Shown piece after piece: positions 49,984 through 59,188 of a DNA stretch of 64,000 bases; the stretch's first letter is position 1, and the number at the start of each line of letters is the position of its first letter. This DNA comes from an uncultured Gemmatimonadales bacterium (lineage in GTDB: Bacteria; Gemmatimonadota; Gemmatimonadetes; Longimicrobiales; RSA9). Under the pieces are notes generated by a model. The model was not told the origin of the DNA. It ran no database searches and saw only the letters and a program-made list of their open reading frames with translations. The position numbers and the translations under genes are program-made. The DNA lies in the NCBI GenBank assembly GCA_963798085.1, contig CAWCRS010000005.1, forward strand, positions 192,001 to 256,000, written 5' to 3'.

Positions 49984-50850
49984 TCAGCCCGTCGGTGCGG
50001 GCGGTGGGATGTTGTGTCCGAGCCCGGCCGGCAGGCGCAGCAGCAGCCAGAGTGCGACGGCGGCCAGCGTCGCCCACAGGCCGGCGGCTGCGCTCACGGG
50101 CGCGTCGCCCTGCCCGAGCGTGGCCGCCGCCAGCAGCAGGCCAACGACCATGCCGCCGCGGACGCGCGCAGGACGCAGAGGCGCGTTCGTCGCATCCCCC
50201 ACACTGGCCACGCGGCGCGTCCGCAGCAGGGAAAGCACGAAGGCCAGCGCGACGACCGCGGCAATGGCGCTCTCGACCGCAGCAGTCGTGTGGAGTTCCG
50301 CCTCGAGCGCCCAGCTGCCACGCATGAGCAGCGCTCCCGCGAGACAGAGTGCCGCGAACGCGAACTGGTGGCGGGCCGGCGGGGGCAGGAGCGCATCCAG
50401 CACGAAGGCGAGCGCGCCGGTGAAGGCGGGCCACAGGCTGTGCGTGGCGTGGCACGTGAACAGCGTGAGTGCGACGACGCCGGTCGAGTCTGTCGGGCGC
50501 GCGGCCAGCCCGGTCGAGCGGTTGACCATGCGCACGAGCAGCAGCGCATTGAAGAGCAGCACCAGCGCGGGATGCGCCACGAACAGCGTAACGGTTACGG
50601 CCAGAGCCATGGCGAGAAACGCGGCAAGGTCGTGGTCCGGCGCCAGCTCGCGGGCCAACGCCCATGACAGGAATGCAGTCAGGCCGGCTGCCAGCGCCGG
50701 CGCCAGCGGCGACACGCCCCGCAGCAGAGCCGCAGCGCCACCGATGACGACCGCGATCGGGATCAGGACGATGACGGCGCGATTCGTGGGCCAGGCAGGA
50801 TCGAGTGGCCGGCCGATCGAGGTACGCCGGTACATGCGTTCGAACTTCAT
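49984..50850 (-). CDS. Polytopic membrane protein of unknown function
   Basis: Many hydrophobic segments; SIGRPLD...TNRA, WALARELAPD, RMVNRSTG. Confidence 0.75.
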   Translation of the reverse strand: MKFERMYRRTSIGRPLDPAWPTNRAVIVLIPIAVVIGGAAALLRGVSPLAPALAAGLTAFLSWALARELAPDHDLAAFLAMALAVTVTLFVAHPALVLLFNALLLVRMVNRSTGLAARPTDSTGVVALTLFTCHATHSLWPAFTGALAFVLDALLPPPARHQFAFAALCLAGALLMRGSWALEAELHTTAAVESAIAAVVALAFVLSLLRTRRVASVGDATNAPLRPARVRGGMVVGLLLAAATLGQGDAPVSAAAGLWATLAAVALWLLLRLPAGLGHNIPPPAPTG

Positions 50851-50973
50851 GGCAGGGGATCATGCAGCCCGCGCGGCTCCGTGGGAATCCCCTTGCTCGC
50901 GCGCGTCCTTGCACCGCGCTAGGTTGGTTTCACTGTTGCGCCGCCACCGATGCATCAAGCCCGGGACCGAAAC

Positions 50974-53392
50974 GTGGACCTCCTTCTGCGCGACATCCGG
51001 TTTGCGCTGCGCACACTGCGCGCGAGTCGCGGCTTCACGCTGGTGGCGGTGCTTTCGCTCGCGGTCGGCACGGGTGCGACCACCGCCGTGTTCAGCCTGG
51101 TGAATGCCATTTACCTCGCGCGCCCGGACTTTCCCGACTCCGATCGCCTGGTCGACATCCACGAAGAGAGCGCAACGCAGCTGTGCGCCGGGTGCGGCGT
51201 GGGCACATCCTACGACGGCTTCCGCGACTGGAAGGATGCGGCCAGGTCGTTTTCCGCGATGGCGGCGTACGGCGAGAATCCGTTCGTCGTGGGCGGCGGC
51301 GACGCACCGGAGCAAGTGACCGGCGCACTGGCCAGCGCCGGTCTGTTCTCGGTGCTGGGCGTGGCACCGATGCTGGGACGCGGTTTCGTGGCAGAGGAGG
51401 ATCGCGCCGGCGCACCCGGTGTCGTGGTGCTGAGCGAATCGCTCTGGCGGCGGCGCTTCGCTGCGGACCGCGATGTGGTGGGCAAGGCCATCCGCCTGAA
51501 CGGTGAGGCATACACCGTCATCGGTGTCATGCCGCCCAACTTCCAGTTTCCCGAATTCAGCGAGCTGTGGGTGCCGTTCGAGGCACACGCCGTGCGCGGT
51601 GCGCGCAGCCAGCGTGACTACGGCGTGGTCGCGCGACTGCAGCCGGGCACCAGCGTGTCGCAGGCGAACGCCGAATTGAAAACGATCGCGGCGCGCATTC
51701 GAGCAGAGCTTCCCGCAGGAACAGAAGGAATGGACGGCGGGTGTGTCCACCCTGGCACAGGAGCAGGCGAGTCAGGTCGGTCCGTATTTCTGGGTGCTGC
51801 AGGGTGCCGTGTTCTTCGTGCTGCTGATCGTGTGCGCCAACATTGCCGGGCTCATGATCGCACGCGCGGCCGGCCGCGAGCGTGAGATGGCGATTCGCGT
51901 GGCCACCGGCGCCAGCCGTTCCCGCCTCATCCGGCAGCTGCTCACCGAGAGCATGATCCTGGCGCTCGTCGGTGGCGGGCTGGGTCTGCTGCTCGCGCGC
52001 TGGGGCGTCGATCTGGCCGTGCGCGGCATCCAGACCCAGGTGCCGTACTACGTGCACTTCGGCATGAACGCACGCGTGCTGGTGTTCGGCCTGCTGACAT
52101 CGCTGTTGACAGGCCTCGCCTTCGGCCTGCTGCCGGCCCTGCGCGCATCGTCGCCGAACCTGCAGGACACACTGAAGGAGGGCGCGCTCTCCACCACCGC
52201 GAGTCGCAGCCGCAACCGCATGCGCGCCGGGCTGGTGGTGCTGGAGGTGGCGCTGGCGCTGGTGCTGCTGGCGGGCGCGGGGCTCATGATCCGCACCTTC
52301 CTCCGCCTGAACACCATTCCCTCGGGTTATGTGGCGCCCGAGCACGTGCTGCTCGCCGACCTGGTGCTGCTGGACGCACGCTTCCAGGATCCCGCGCAGG
52401 TGCGCGCCACGGTGGACGAAGTGCTGCAGCGCATTGCCCGCCTGCCCGGCGCGAGCGCCGCGATCGAGCACACGGAATTCGTGGCCGGCTTCGGGACGGC
52501 GGACCGCAGGATCGCGGTCGAGGGCATGAGCGACGTGCCGGATGGCGGGTCGCCGCGTTTCTACTTCTCGGTAACACCAGGTTACTTCCAGAGCCTGGGA
52601 CTCCGCCTCGTCGCGGGCCGCGGTCTCGATGCGCAGGATGGGCCGGGCGCGCCACCCGTCGCACTCGTCAATGAGTCAATGGCGAAGCGCATCTGGCGCG
52701 GGGCATCACCGATTGGCGCCCGCATCCGACTGGATGCCTCCCGTCGCGATGCGCCGTGGCTGACCGTCGCCGGCGTGGTGAGCGATGTCGAAGGTGACAC
52801 GCCGGGGCGGCCGGCCCGGAGCTACGCCTATGTGCCATTCGCGCAGAGTCCGGGGCGACCCGCGAGACTGCAGGTGCGCGCCAGTGATGCGATGGCGCTG
52901 CTGCCCTCGATCCGCGCAGAGCTGGCCTCGCTGCCCACCGATCTGCCGTTGCAGGACGTGCGTACGCTGGAGACGGACCTGCGCCGCGGTCTCTGGCCAG
53001 TGCGCTTCTATGCCGTCGCGCTCTCCTCGCTGGCCGCGTTCGCCGCACTGCTCGCCGTGCTGGGCATCTGGGGCGTGATCGCGTACACGGTAAGCCTGCG
53101 CACACGCGAGATCGGCATCCGCGTGGCGCTGGGTGCGACGCGCATGCGCGTGCTGCGCATGGTCGCCGCAGAGGGCGCCTGGCTCGCCGGGATCGGCCTG
53201 GGGCTGGGACTGGCAGGCGCGTTCGCGCTCACACGCGTGATCGGCGTCATGCTGTACGGCACGAGCCCCATCGATCCGCTCGTCCTCTCCCTCGTCTGCC
53301 TCACGTTCGCCACCGTGGCCCTGATCGCCACGCTGGTGCCGGCGAGGCGAGCCACACGCGTAGATCCCATGGTCGCACTCCGGACCGACTGA
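50974..53392 (+). CDS. ADOP-type duplicated ABC permease, single-base frameshift near 51699
   Basis: RDIRFALRTLRASRGF in ORF 50950-51885; removing one T gives RIEQSFPQEQKEW joining ORF 51743-53392 (LLIVCANIAGL, REIGIRVALGA, PARRATRVDPM). Confidence 0.88.
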
Positions 53393-53537
53393 GGCCCCAC
53401 CCTCCGGCCTGTCCGCCACCCCTTTCCCCCTGTGTTCCAGGGCCCTCCGCATGCCCGCGTGAAAAAATGCCGCCGAATTGTCGCCCTCCTGTATGAAGGG
53501 CGCCACGGTGGCTGCCCTCGCGATAGCGGAGGACCCC

Positions 53538-55667
53538 ATGACACGCTCGATCGAAAACGCCAGGCGCAGGCGCCGTGCTTACGGCTTCCACCGGGTAATG
53601 GCGGGCGCCCTGCTGGTTCTGTCCATGACAGCCTGCAAACACGACCTGCTGGATCCGGTCGATCCCGCACCGGCGCCCGTGGGCGGGGTGAAGCCGCCTG
53701 CGCAGGACACGTCCGGCAACAAGGGCGGCACCGGTGGCACCGGCGGAACTGCCGGCACCGTCCACCGCAACGACGTAACGTTCGATGGCGATGTGCAGGA
53801 GAACGGTGGCAACGTCACCGTGCACGGTGGCGTGCACGTGACTCTCGCAGACCGGCGTGTCGACTTCCTGGATGCCGACATGCAGATGACGTTCGATGAC
53901 GACGGCGCACTGCGGCACGTGAGCGGCAAGGCGCACATCCCGTCGCCCACATCGCGCATTTCTTTCGCCGACCCCGTCGAGGCCGAAATCGGCATGTACT
54001 CGGGCCGCGAGCTGAACGCCAATGGCATTGCCGGCATCCGCCTGATGGATGACACCGACTATTTCGTGTATCGCGTGAAGACCGCGTTCGAGATGCGCAT
54101 CGCGACCGGCGAGACCGGCGCCAATGCCACGCGGCCCATCGCCATTCGCGCGCCCCTGGGCGGTGAGATCCTGATGGTGGTGGATTACAACGACCCGATG
54201 TACTACGTGTACGGCTCGCAGGACCTGCTGGGCGCACTGGGTTTCGGCTGGTCACTGCACCACCGCATTCCCTTCGTGCCCGATCATCCCGTGCTGGACC
54301 TGGGCGGGTTCAACGGCGGCACGACGCGCACTGGCACGTTCCCCGTGTTCAAGATCGTGTCGATTACAGGCCAGATGGTGGAGAACGAGGACACCGAGGT
54401 GCATCTGTCGCTCGAGGATCCGTTCGACTCGTCGCTGCGCATGGACTACCAGATGGGCTTCAACGGCAAGGCGGAGCTGGACCTGTTCCTGAAGGACATC
54501 GTCGGCTTCAACCTGCCGTTAGCCGAAGCCAGCGGCGGCGTGTGGCGCGAGATCTCGACCGCGAACCTCTTCCGCGGCCACGCGTACCTGAACGGCCTGA
54601 CGACGCAGGACTTCTCGTGGTGGCCCGCGTTCATTCCCGCGAAGCCTATTGCACGGCTGAGCACGCGCGCCGCCATCAAGAGCACGGGCGATTTCGACGT
54701 GGCCCTGGCCGGCACGTACGGCTGGGATCTGCCCACGGGCAGGAGCACCATGGAAGGCGAGTTCGAGCTCACGCCCGCCGCCCTGACGCTGAAGGGCACA
54801 GTAGTCGCCGGCAGCGACAAGGAGAGCGTGGCGGGCACAGTGACGAAGGACTCGACGGTCGTCGCCATCGTTCCGCCTGCCTCGCTGCTTGCAGGCATTC
54901 ACGAGGACGTGCTGAAGGAGGTCGACGACCGCATCGCCGCAGGCCAGAAGGCACTGGATGATCTGCAGAAGGCAACATCGGATTACACGATCGAGCTGAG
55001 CCTGCGCGGGCTGCGGTCGAGCCTGCCCTCGATCGTGCAGACGGCGCGCAAGGCGCTCGACGACGGTATCGCCAGCGAGCTGAGCAAATACAAGGGCAAG
55101 ATCTACTACAGCGAGCTGAAGAGTCAGGTGAACTCGAACGCCAAGCCCTACTACGCCGCGCTCGATCGCCTGGAAACCGCCGCGAAGGAAATCAAGGACA
55201 ACAATGCCACGCGCAAGGAGATCGAAGCTGCACTGCGCGGCCTGGCCGCGAACAAGATCTTCAGCATGACGTTCACGTACAAGGTGCTGGGCAAGACGGT
55301 CGCGACGGTGAAGGTGAGCGAGCGCATCCTTTCGGACGCGAATGCCGCGAAGCTGACGACGGCCGCCGACAACGTGAAGTACATCAAGGAAACGTCGGAC
55401 CGGAAGATCCGCATGCAGCAGATCTATGATGCGGCACCGTCGAAGGAGATCTGGGCGAGGGTGCGGCAGGATATCGACACCGGCGCGAAGCGCATTCCCA
55501 CGCTCAATGCGTTCGGCTTCGTCCTGCACCACGGCGGTTCGCATGCGTTCAGCCTGTATGCAGTCCTGGCAGGCAAGCGCTACGAGCTGGGTTCGGTGAA
55601 CCCGTTCGATCCTGCAGCCGTGGGCAACGCCGTGTCGGTCACGGTCGTGCCCGGTCTGTCCAACTGA
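53538..55667 (+). CDS. Large hypothetical lipoprotein (beta-rich N-part, Lys-rich helical C-part)
   Basis: GGAGG RBS; LLVLSMTAC lipobox; GGTGGTGGT linker; long ORF with coding-like codon usage. Confidence 0.8.
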   Translation: MTRSIENARRRRRAYGFHRVMAGALLVLSMTACKHDLLDPVDPAPAPVGGVKPPAQDTSGNKGGTGGTGGTAGTVHRNDVTFDGDVQENGGNVTVHGGVHVTLADRRVDFLDADMQMTFDDDGALRHVSGKAHIPSPTSRISFADPVEAEIGMYSGRELNANGIAGIRLMDDTDYFVYRVKTAFEMRIATGETGANATRPIAIRAPLGGEILMVVDYNDPMYYVYGSQDLLGALGFGWSLHHRIPFVPDHPVLDLGGFNGGTTRTGTFPVFKIVSITGQMVENEDTEVHLSLEDPFDSSLRMDYQMGFNGKAELDLFLKDIVGFNLPLAEASGGVWREISTANLFRGHAYLNGLTTQDFSWWPAFIPAKPIARLSTRAAIKSTGDFDVALAGTYGWDLPTGRSTMEGEFELTPAALTLKGTVVAGSDKESVAGTVTKDSTVVAIVPPASLLAGIHEDVLKEVDDRIAAGQKALDDLQKATSDYTIELSLRGLRSSLPSIVQTARKALDDGIASELSKYKGKIYYSELKSQVNSNAKPYYAALDRLETAAKEIKDNNATRKEIEAALRGLAANKIFSMTFTYKVLGKTVATVKVSERILSDANAAKLTTAADNVKYIKETSDRKIRMQQIYDAAPSKEIWARVRQDIDTGAKRIPTLNAFGFVLHHGGSHAFSLYAVLAGKRYELGSVNPFDPAAVGNAVSVTVVPGLSN

Positions 55668-55692
55668 AACAGACAGCCGCGCGCTTCAGCCT

Positions 55693-55731
55693 CGCGCCCT
55701 CCGTGGTGGATGTTGCACCGCGGAGGGCGCG
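55693..55731. repeat. 16-bp inverted repeat (hairpin) upstream of the MoxR/vWA operon
   Basis: CGCGCCCTCCGTGGTG-N7-CACCGCGGAGGGCGCG with one G-U pair, no T-tract. Confidence 0.75.
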
Positions 55732-55837
55732 CTGCATCGGCCCGTTGTCGGCGGGAAAGGCCCGGCCGTACATTGCCGCACGCTGTGTCCGCCCCCCGGA
55801 CCAGCCCGTGGACCGCACACCGGAACGGCCTGCCCCC

Positions 55838-57142
55838 ATGAAGCCAGTGCGCGTGTTCGTCAGTGCCACGGTCGAGGACCTGGGCGAGGACTGCCGCCCG
55901 CGCGTCCTGAACGCGGTCACGTACGCCGGCGCGCTCGCCATCACCATGGAGACGTGGCCCGCCTCCTACAAACCCGCCGTCGAGCAGTGCCTCGCCAAGA
56001 TTGCAGACAGCACGCACTACCTCGGCGTTTTCGCGTACTACCGCGGCTGGTCACCGGAACCGGGCGAAGTCTCGATCACCGAGCTGGAATTCGAGGGCGC
56101 GCTCGCGAAATTCGCGGAGGACCTCGAGCGCGTCGCGGTGTTCGTACCCGATGAGAGGTCGCGTTTCGCGCGCAGGCTGCGCACCCGCGTTGCTGCAAAG
56201 CAGCAGCCCGAACAGGCAAGCGCACAGCTCGCGTTCCTGAAGCGCGTGATGGCCGCGGCAACGATCGAAAAGTTCGCCGACGATGGCGACCTGGGCATGC
56301 GCGCCGTGCGGCGACTCCAGCTGTGGCAGCTGGGACCGCTGCTCGATCGCCCGCAGGAACCCGTTGCGGCCGAGGCCGCTGCGGTCTCCGGCAGGCAGCC
56401 GCGCGCCCAGCAGGTCGTGGAGCTGGGGCGCGCCGCGCAGACCGGCATGTTCACGGCGGTACTGCAGCAGCTCGCGCTTCCCGGTGCGACCGCGGTGGCC
56501 GCGTGGCTCGTGCATGGCACCGCGGGTCAGGGTCACGACGAGATGCTCGCCCGCCTCATGCGCATCATCGAGTCCGGCACCAACGAGGAGCCCCACAGCT
56601 ACACGGCCATGTGCGGCGCGCTCTGGCGACAACCCGGTCTTACGGGCCTGCTGTCCGCGCTCGGCAAGGAGATCGCACCCGGATGGCAACCTGCATCCGT
56701 CGCGCAGCTGGCTGAACGCATTGCGGAGCTGCGCAAGCTCAGCGATGTCGTACTGCGCGTGCAGTCGCTCCAGAACTATCCGGGCGGCGTCGCCGCGTTC
56801 GCCGCTGAGTTCTGGCAGCCGCTGGCCACGGCACTGACGCAGAAGGCGAGCGCCGCACAGTACCGCATGCTCTGCGTGTGCACGCACGAGGCCGCGACCC
56901 CGGGCGCCGACTGGACGCCGCTGCTCGAGACCGACCCCGCGCACAATGCGCTCAATGCGACGCGCATCATTGCGCTGCCCGAAATGACAGACTTCGATCT
57001 CGCGGAGCTGACAGCGTTCGCGCGGCGCTGGCTGGCGCCCGCCGACGCCGCACTGCTCGCGACCGCATTGCTGGAGGAAACCGCAGGTGCGCCGCACCTG
57101 CTGTACAAGCGTCTCGCCAACCCGGCCACCTGGGCATTGTGA
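55838..57142 (+). CDS. DUF4062 domain + inactive STAND-like NTPase domain protein
   Basis: RVFVSATVEDL...TME...CLAKIADSTHYLGVFAYYRG...SITELEF; C-terminal WLVHGTAGQGHDEMLARL (degenerate Walker A), FWQPL, IIALP. Confidence 0.78.
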   Translation: MKPVRVFVSATVEDLGEDCRPRVLNAVTYAGALAITMETWPASYKPAVEQCLAKIADSTHYLGVFAYYRGWSPEPGEVSITELEFEGALAKFAEDLERVAVFVPDERSRFARRLRTRVAAKQQPEQASAQLAFLKRVMAAATIEKFADDGDLGMRAVRRLQLWQLGPLLDRPQEPVAAEAAAVSGRQPRAQQVVELGRAAQTGMFTAVLQQLALPGATAVAAWLVHGTAGQGHDEMLARLMRIIESGTNEEPHSYTAMCGALWRQPGLTGLLSALGKEIAPGWQPASVAQLAERIAELRKLSDVVLRVQSLQNYPGGVAAFAAEFWQPLATALTQKASAAQYRMLCVCTHEAATPGADWTPLLETDPAHNALNATRIIALPEMTDFDLAELTAFARRWLAPADAALLATALLEETAGAPHLLYKRLANPATWAL

Positions 57143-57149
57143 GGATTGC

Positions 57150-58097
57150 ATGGCAACCACCCCGCAGGCGCGCTTCCGCGGTACTGGTGCGGCGCCCGAG
57201 GATCCCAACGACACCATCGGCTACATAGCGGACCGGTCGCTGGCCAAGGCCGTCAACATCGCCATCGAACTGGGCCGGCCGCTGCTGGTGAAGGGACCGC
57301 CCGGCAGCGGCAAGACCCGGCTGGCCGAGGCCGTCAAGCACGAGCTGGGTCTGCCGCTGCATCGCTGGTACGTGAAATCGACGTCACGCGCCCGCGATGG
57401 CCTGTACACGATCGACGTCGTGCGCCGCCTGCAGGACGCGCAACGCCAGGACCGCCGCGCACAGCGCCTCACACCCTACATCCGCTTCGGCCCGCTGGGT
57501 GAGGCGCTGCGCAGCAACCGCGAGTCCGTCGTGCTCATCGACGAGATCGACAAGGCCGACATCGACTTTCCGAATGACCTGTTAAGAGAACTGGATGAGC
57601 GCAAGTTCACCATCGAGGAGCTGAACGAGGCCGACCTCACCAGGAAGGAACGCGCGGCCGGCTGGCGCCGCACGTACGGCGAGGCCGCGCCTGGCGAACC
57701 GCCACCACGGCCCATTGTGATCATCACAAGCAACGACGAGAAGGAATTGCCCGACGCGTTCCTGCGCCGCTGCGTTTTCCACTACATCAAGTTTCCGGAT
57801 CCCGAAGCACTGCTCGACATCGTGCGCGTGAACCTGCCCCACTTTGACCTCGAGGAATCACTCGTACGGCGCGCCATCACCACCCTCGACCGGTTCCGCG
57901 AAATCGAAGGCGTACGCAAGAGGCCCGAGACCAGCGAGCTGATCGACTGGGTGCGCATCCTGCACACGTGGGGCGCCGACCTCTCGCCGCTGGATGAGCA
58001 ACCGCCGCTGGGCGACCTGCCGCACTGGGAAGTGCTGTACAAGCACCAGCGCGATGCGCAGGTCATCCGCAATGCGCGAGGGGCCGCGCCCGCCTGA
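57150..58097 (+). CDS. MoxR-family AAA+ ATPase
   Basis: LGRPLLVKGPPGSGKT, VVLIDEIDKADIDFPNDLLRELD, ITSNDEKELPDAFLRRC, TSELIDW. Confidence 0.95.
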   Translation: MATTPQARFRGTGAAPEDPNDTIGYIADRSLAKAVNIAIELGRPLLVKGPPGSGKTRLAEAVKHELGLPLHRWYVKSTSRARDGLYTIDVVRRLQDAQRQDRRAQRLTPYIRFGPLGEALRSNRESVVLIDEIDKADIDFPNDLLRELDERKFTIEELNEADLTRKERAAGWRRTYGEAAPGEPPPRPIVIITSNDEKELPDAFLRRCVFHYIKFPDPEALLDIVRVNLPHFDLEESLVRRAITTLDRFREIEGVRKRPETSELIDWVRILHTWGADLSPLDEQPPLGDLPHWEVLYKHQRDAQVIRNARGAAPA

Positions 58098-59188
58098 TGG
58101 ATGCCAGGGCGCCGCTGCTCGCGGCCTTCGAGGAATTGCGCAGGCGGGGTCACCCGCTCGGCATCAGCGAGTACCTCGCCGCACTGCGTGCACTCGCTGC
58201 CGGATTCGGCACCGGTTCGCGTGCCGAGCTGGTCTTCCTCTGCGAGACGCTCTGGGCCAAGTCACTCGATGACCAGTTGCGCGTGCGGGACGCACTCACC
58301 GCCGTACTGCCCGAGTCGTGGACCGATCAGGACCTTCGTGACATCGAGCGGCGGAATGTCATCCATGATCAGGCGACGACACCGCCGCCGGATGCCGCCG
58401 CTGCGCCGCCGCCCGATGCCGCAGCCGCCGGCGCTGGCACGACACTCGATCCGCTCTCGCGCGCGAGCGCATCGGATGCGCCTCGCTCGCTCGCACTGCC
58501 GCCGCTCCCACCCGCACGCCGTGCACGCGATGTGGAATCGCGCTTCGACCTGGAACTGCGCCTCCCCCTGACGCCTCGCCAGATGAATCGCGCGTGGCGC
58601 TTCTACCGGCGCATGGGACGGCGCGGCGTGCCTGTCGATTTCGATGCGGAAGGCACCATCCGCCAGCTCTATCGCCATGGCGTGCTCGTCGAGCCCGTGC
58701 TCATGCCCCGCCGCACCAATCAGGCGAGAGCACTCATCCTCGAGGACACGGGCGGCTCCATGGCGCCGTTTCGCTACATGACGCGCGCGCTCATCGACGC
58801 GGCAAGGCACGCCGGCCTGGCGCGCGTGGATGTCCGCTATTTCCACGATGTCGCAGGCGCTATCGTCTATCGCGATGCGACGCGACTGGAACCGCTTCCG
58901 CTCGACGACGCAACCTCGTTCTTCGTCGACTCCGGCATGCTCATCTGCAGTGACGCGGGCGCGGCGCGCGGCCGACTCGACCGGCCGCGCGTCGAGCGCA
59001 CGGCGCGCCTCATCGAACGGTTGCGCCAGGTCACGCCCGCCATCGCCTGGATCAATCCCGTGCCACCGGAGCGCTGGCGCGGTACGACTGCGGCCGCCAT
59101 CCAGCAGCGCACCGACATTCCCATGTTCCCGCTCGATCGCACGGGCGTGCAGCAGGCGGTGGACATCATGCGCGGTCGCGCGGAATGA
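58097..59188 (+). CDS. vWA (CoxE-like) domain protein
   Basis: LRRRGHPLGISEY, LCETLWAKS, LEDTGGSMAPF, YFHD, SDAGAARG, AWINPVPPERWRGTTA. Confidence 0.88.
   Translation: MDARAPLLAAFEELRRRGHPLGISEYLAALRALAAGFGTGSRAELVFLCETLWAKSLDDQLRVRDALTAVLPESWTDQDLRDIERRNVIHDQATTPPPDAAAAPPPDAAAAGAGTTLDPLSRASASDAPRSLALPPLPPARRARDVESRFDLELRLPLTPRQMNRAWRFYRRMGRRGVPVDFDAEGTIRQLYRHGVLVEPVLMPRRTNQARALILEDTGGSMAPFRYMTRALIDAARHAGLARVDVRYFHDVAGAIVYRDATRLEPLPLDDATSFFVDSGMLICSDAGAARGRLDRPRVERTARLIERLRQVTPAIAWINPVPPERWRGTTAAAIQQRTDIPMFPLDRTGVQQAVDIMRGRAE

Noticed and set aside
29858..51703. Programmed ribosomal frameshifting or true pseudogenes at the four broken genes
   Set aside because: No slippery heptamers or long homopolymers, both halves look intact, and the shared sequence context favours sequencing error.
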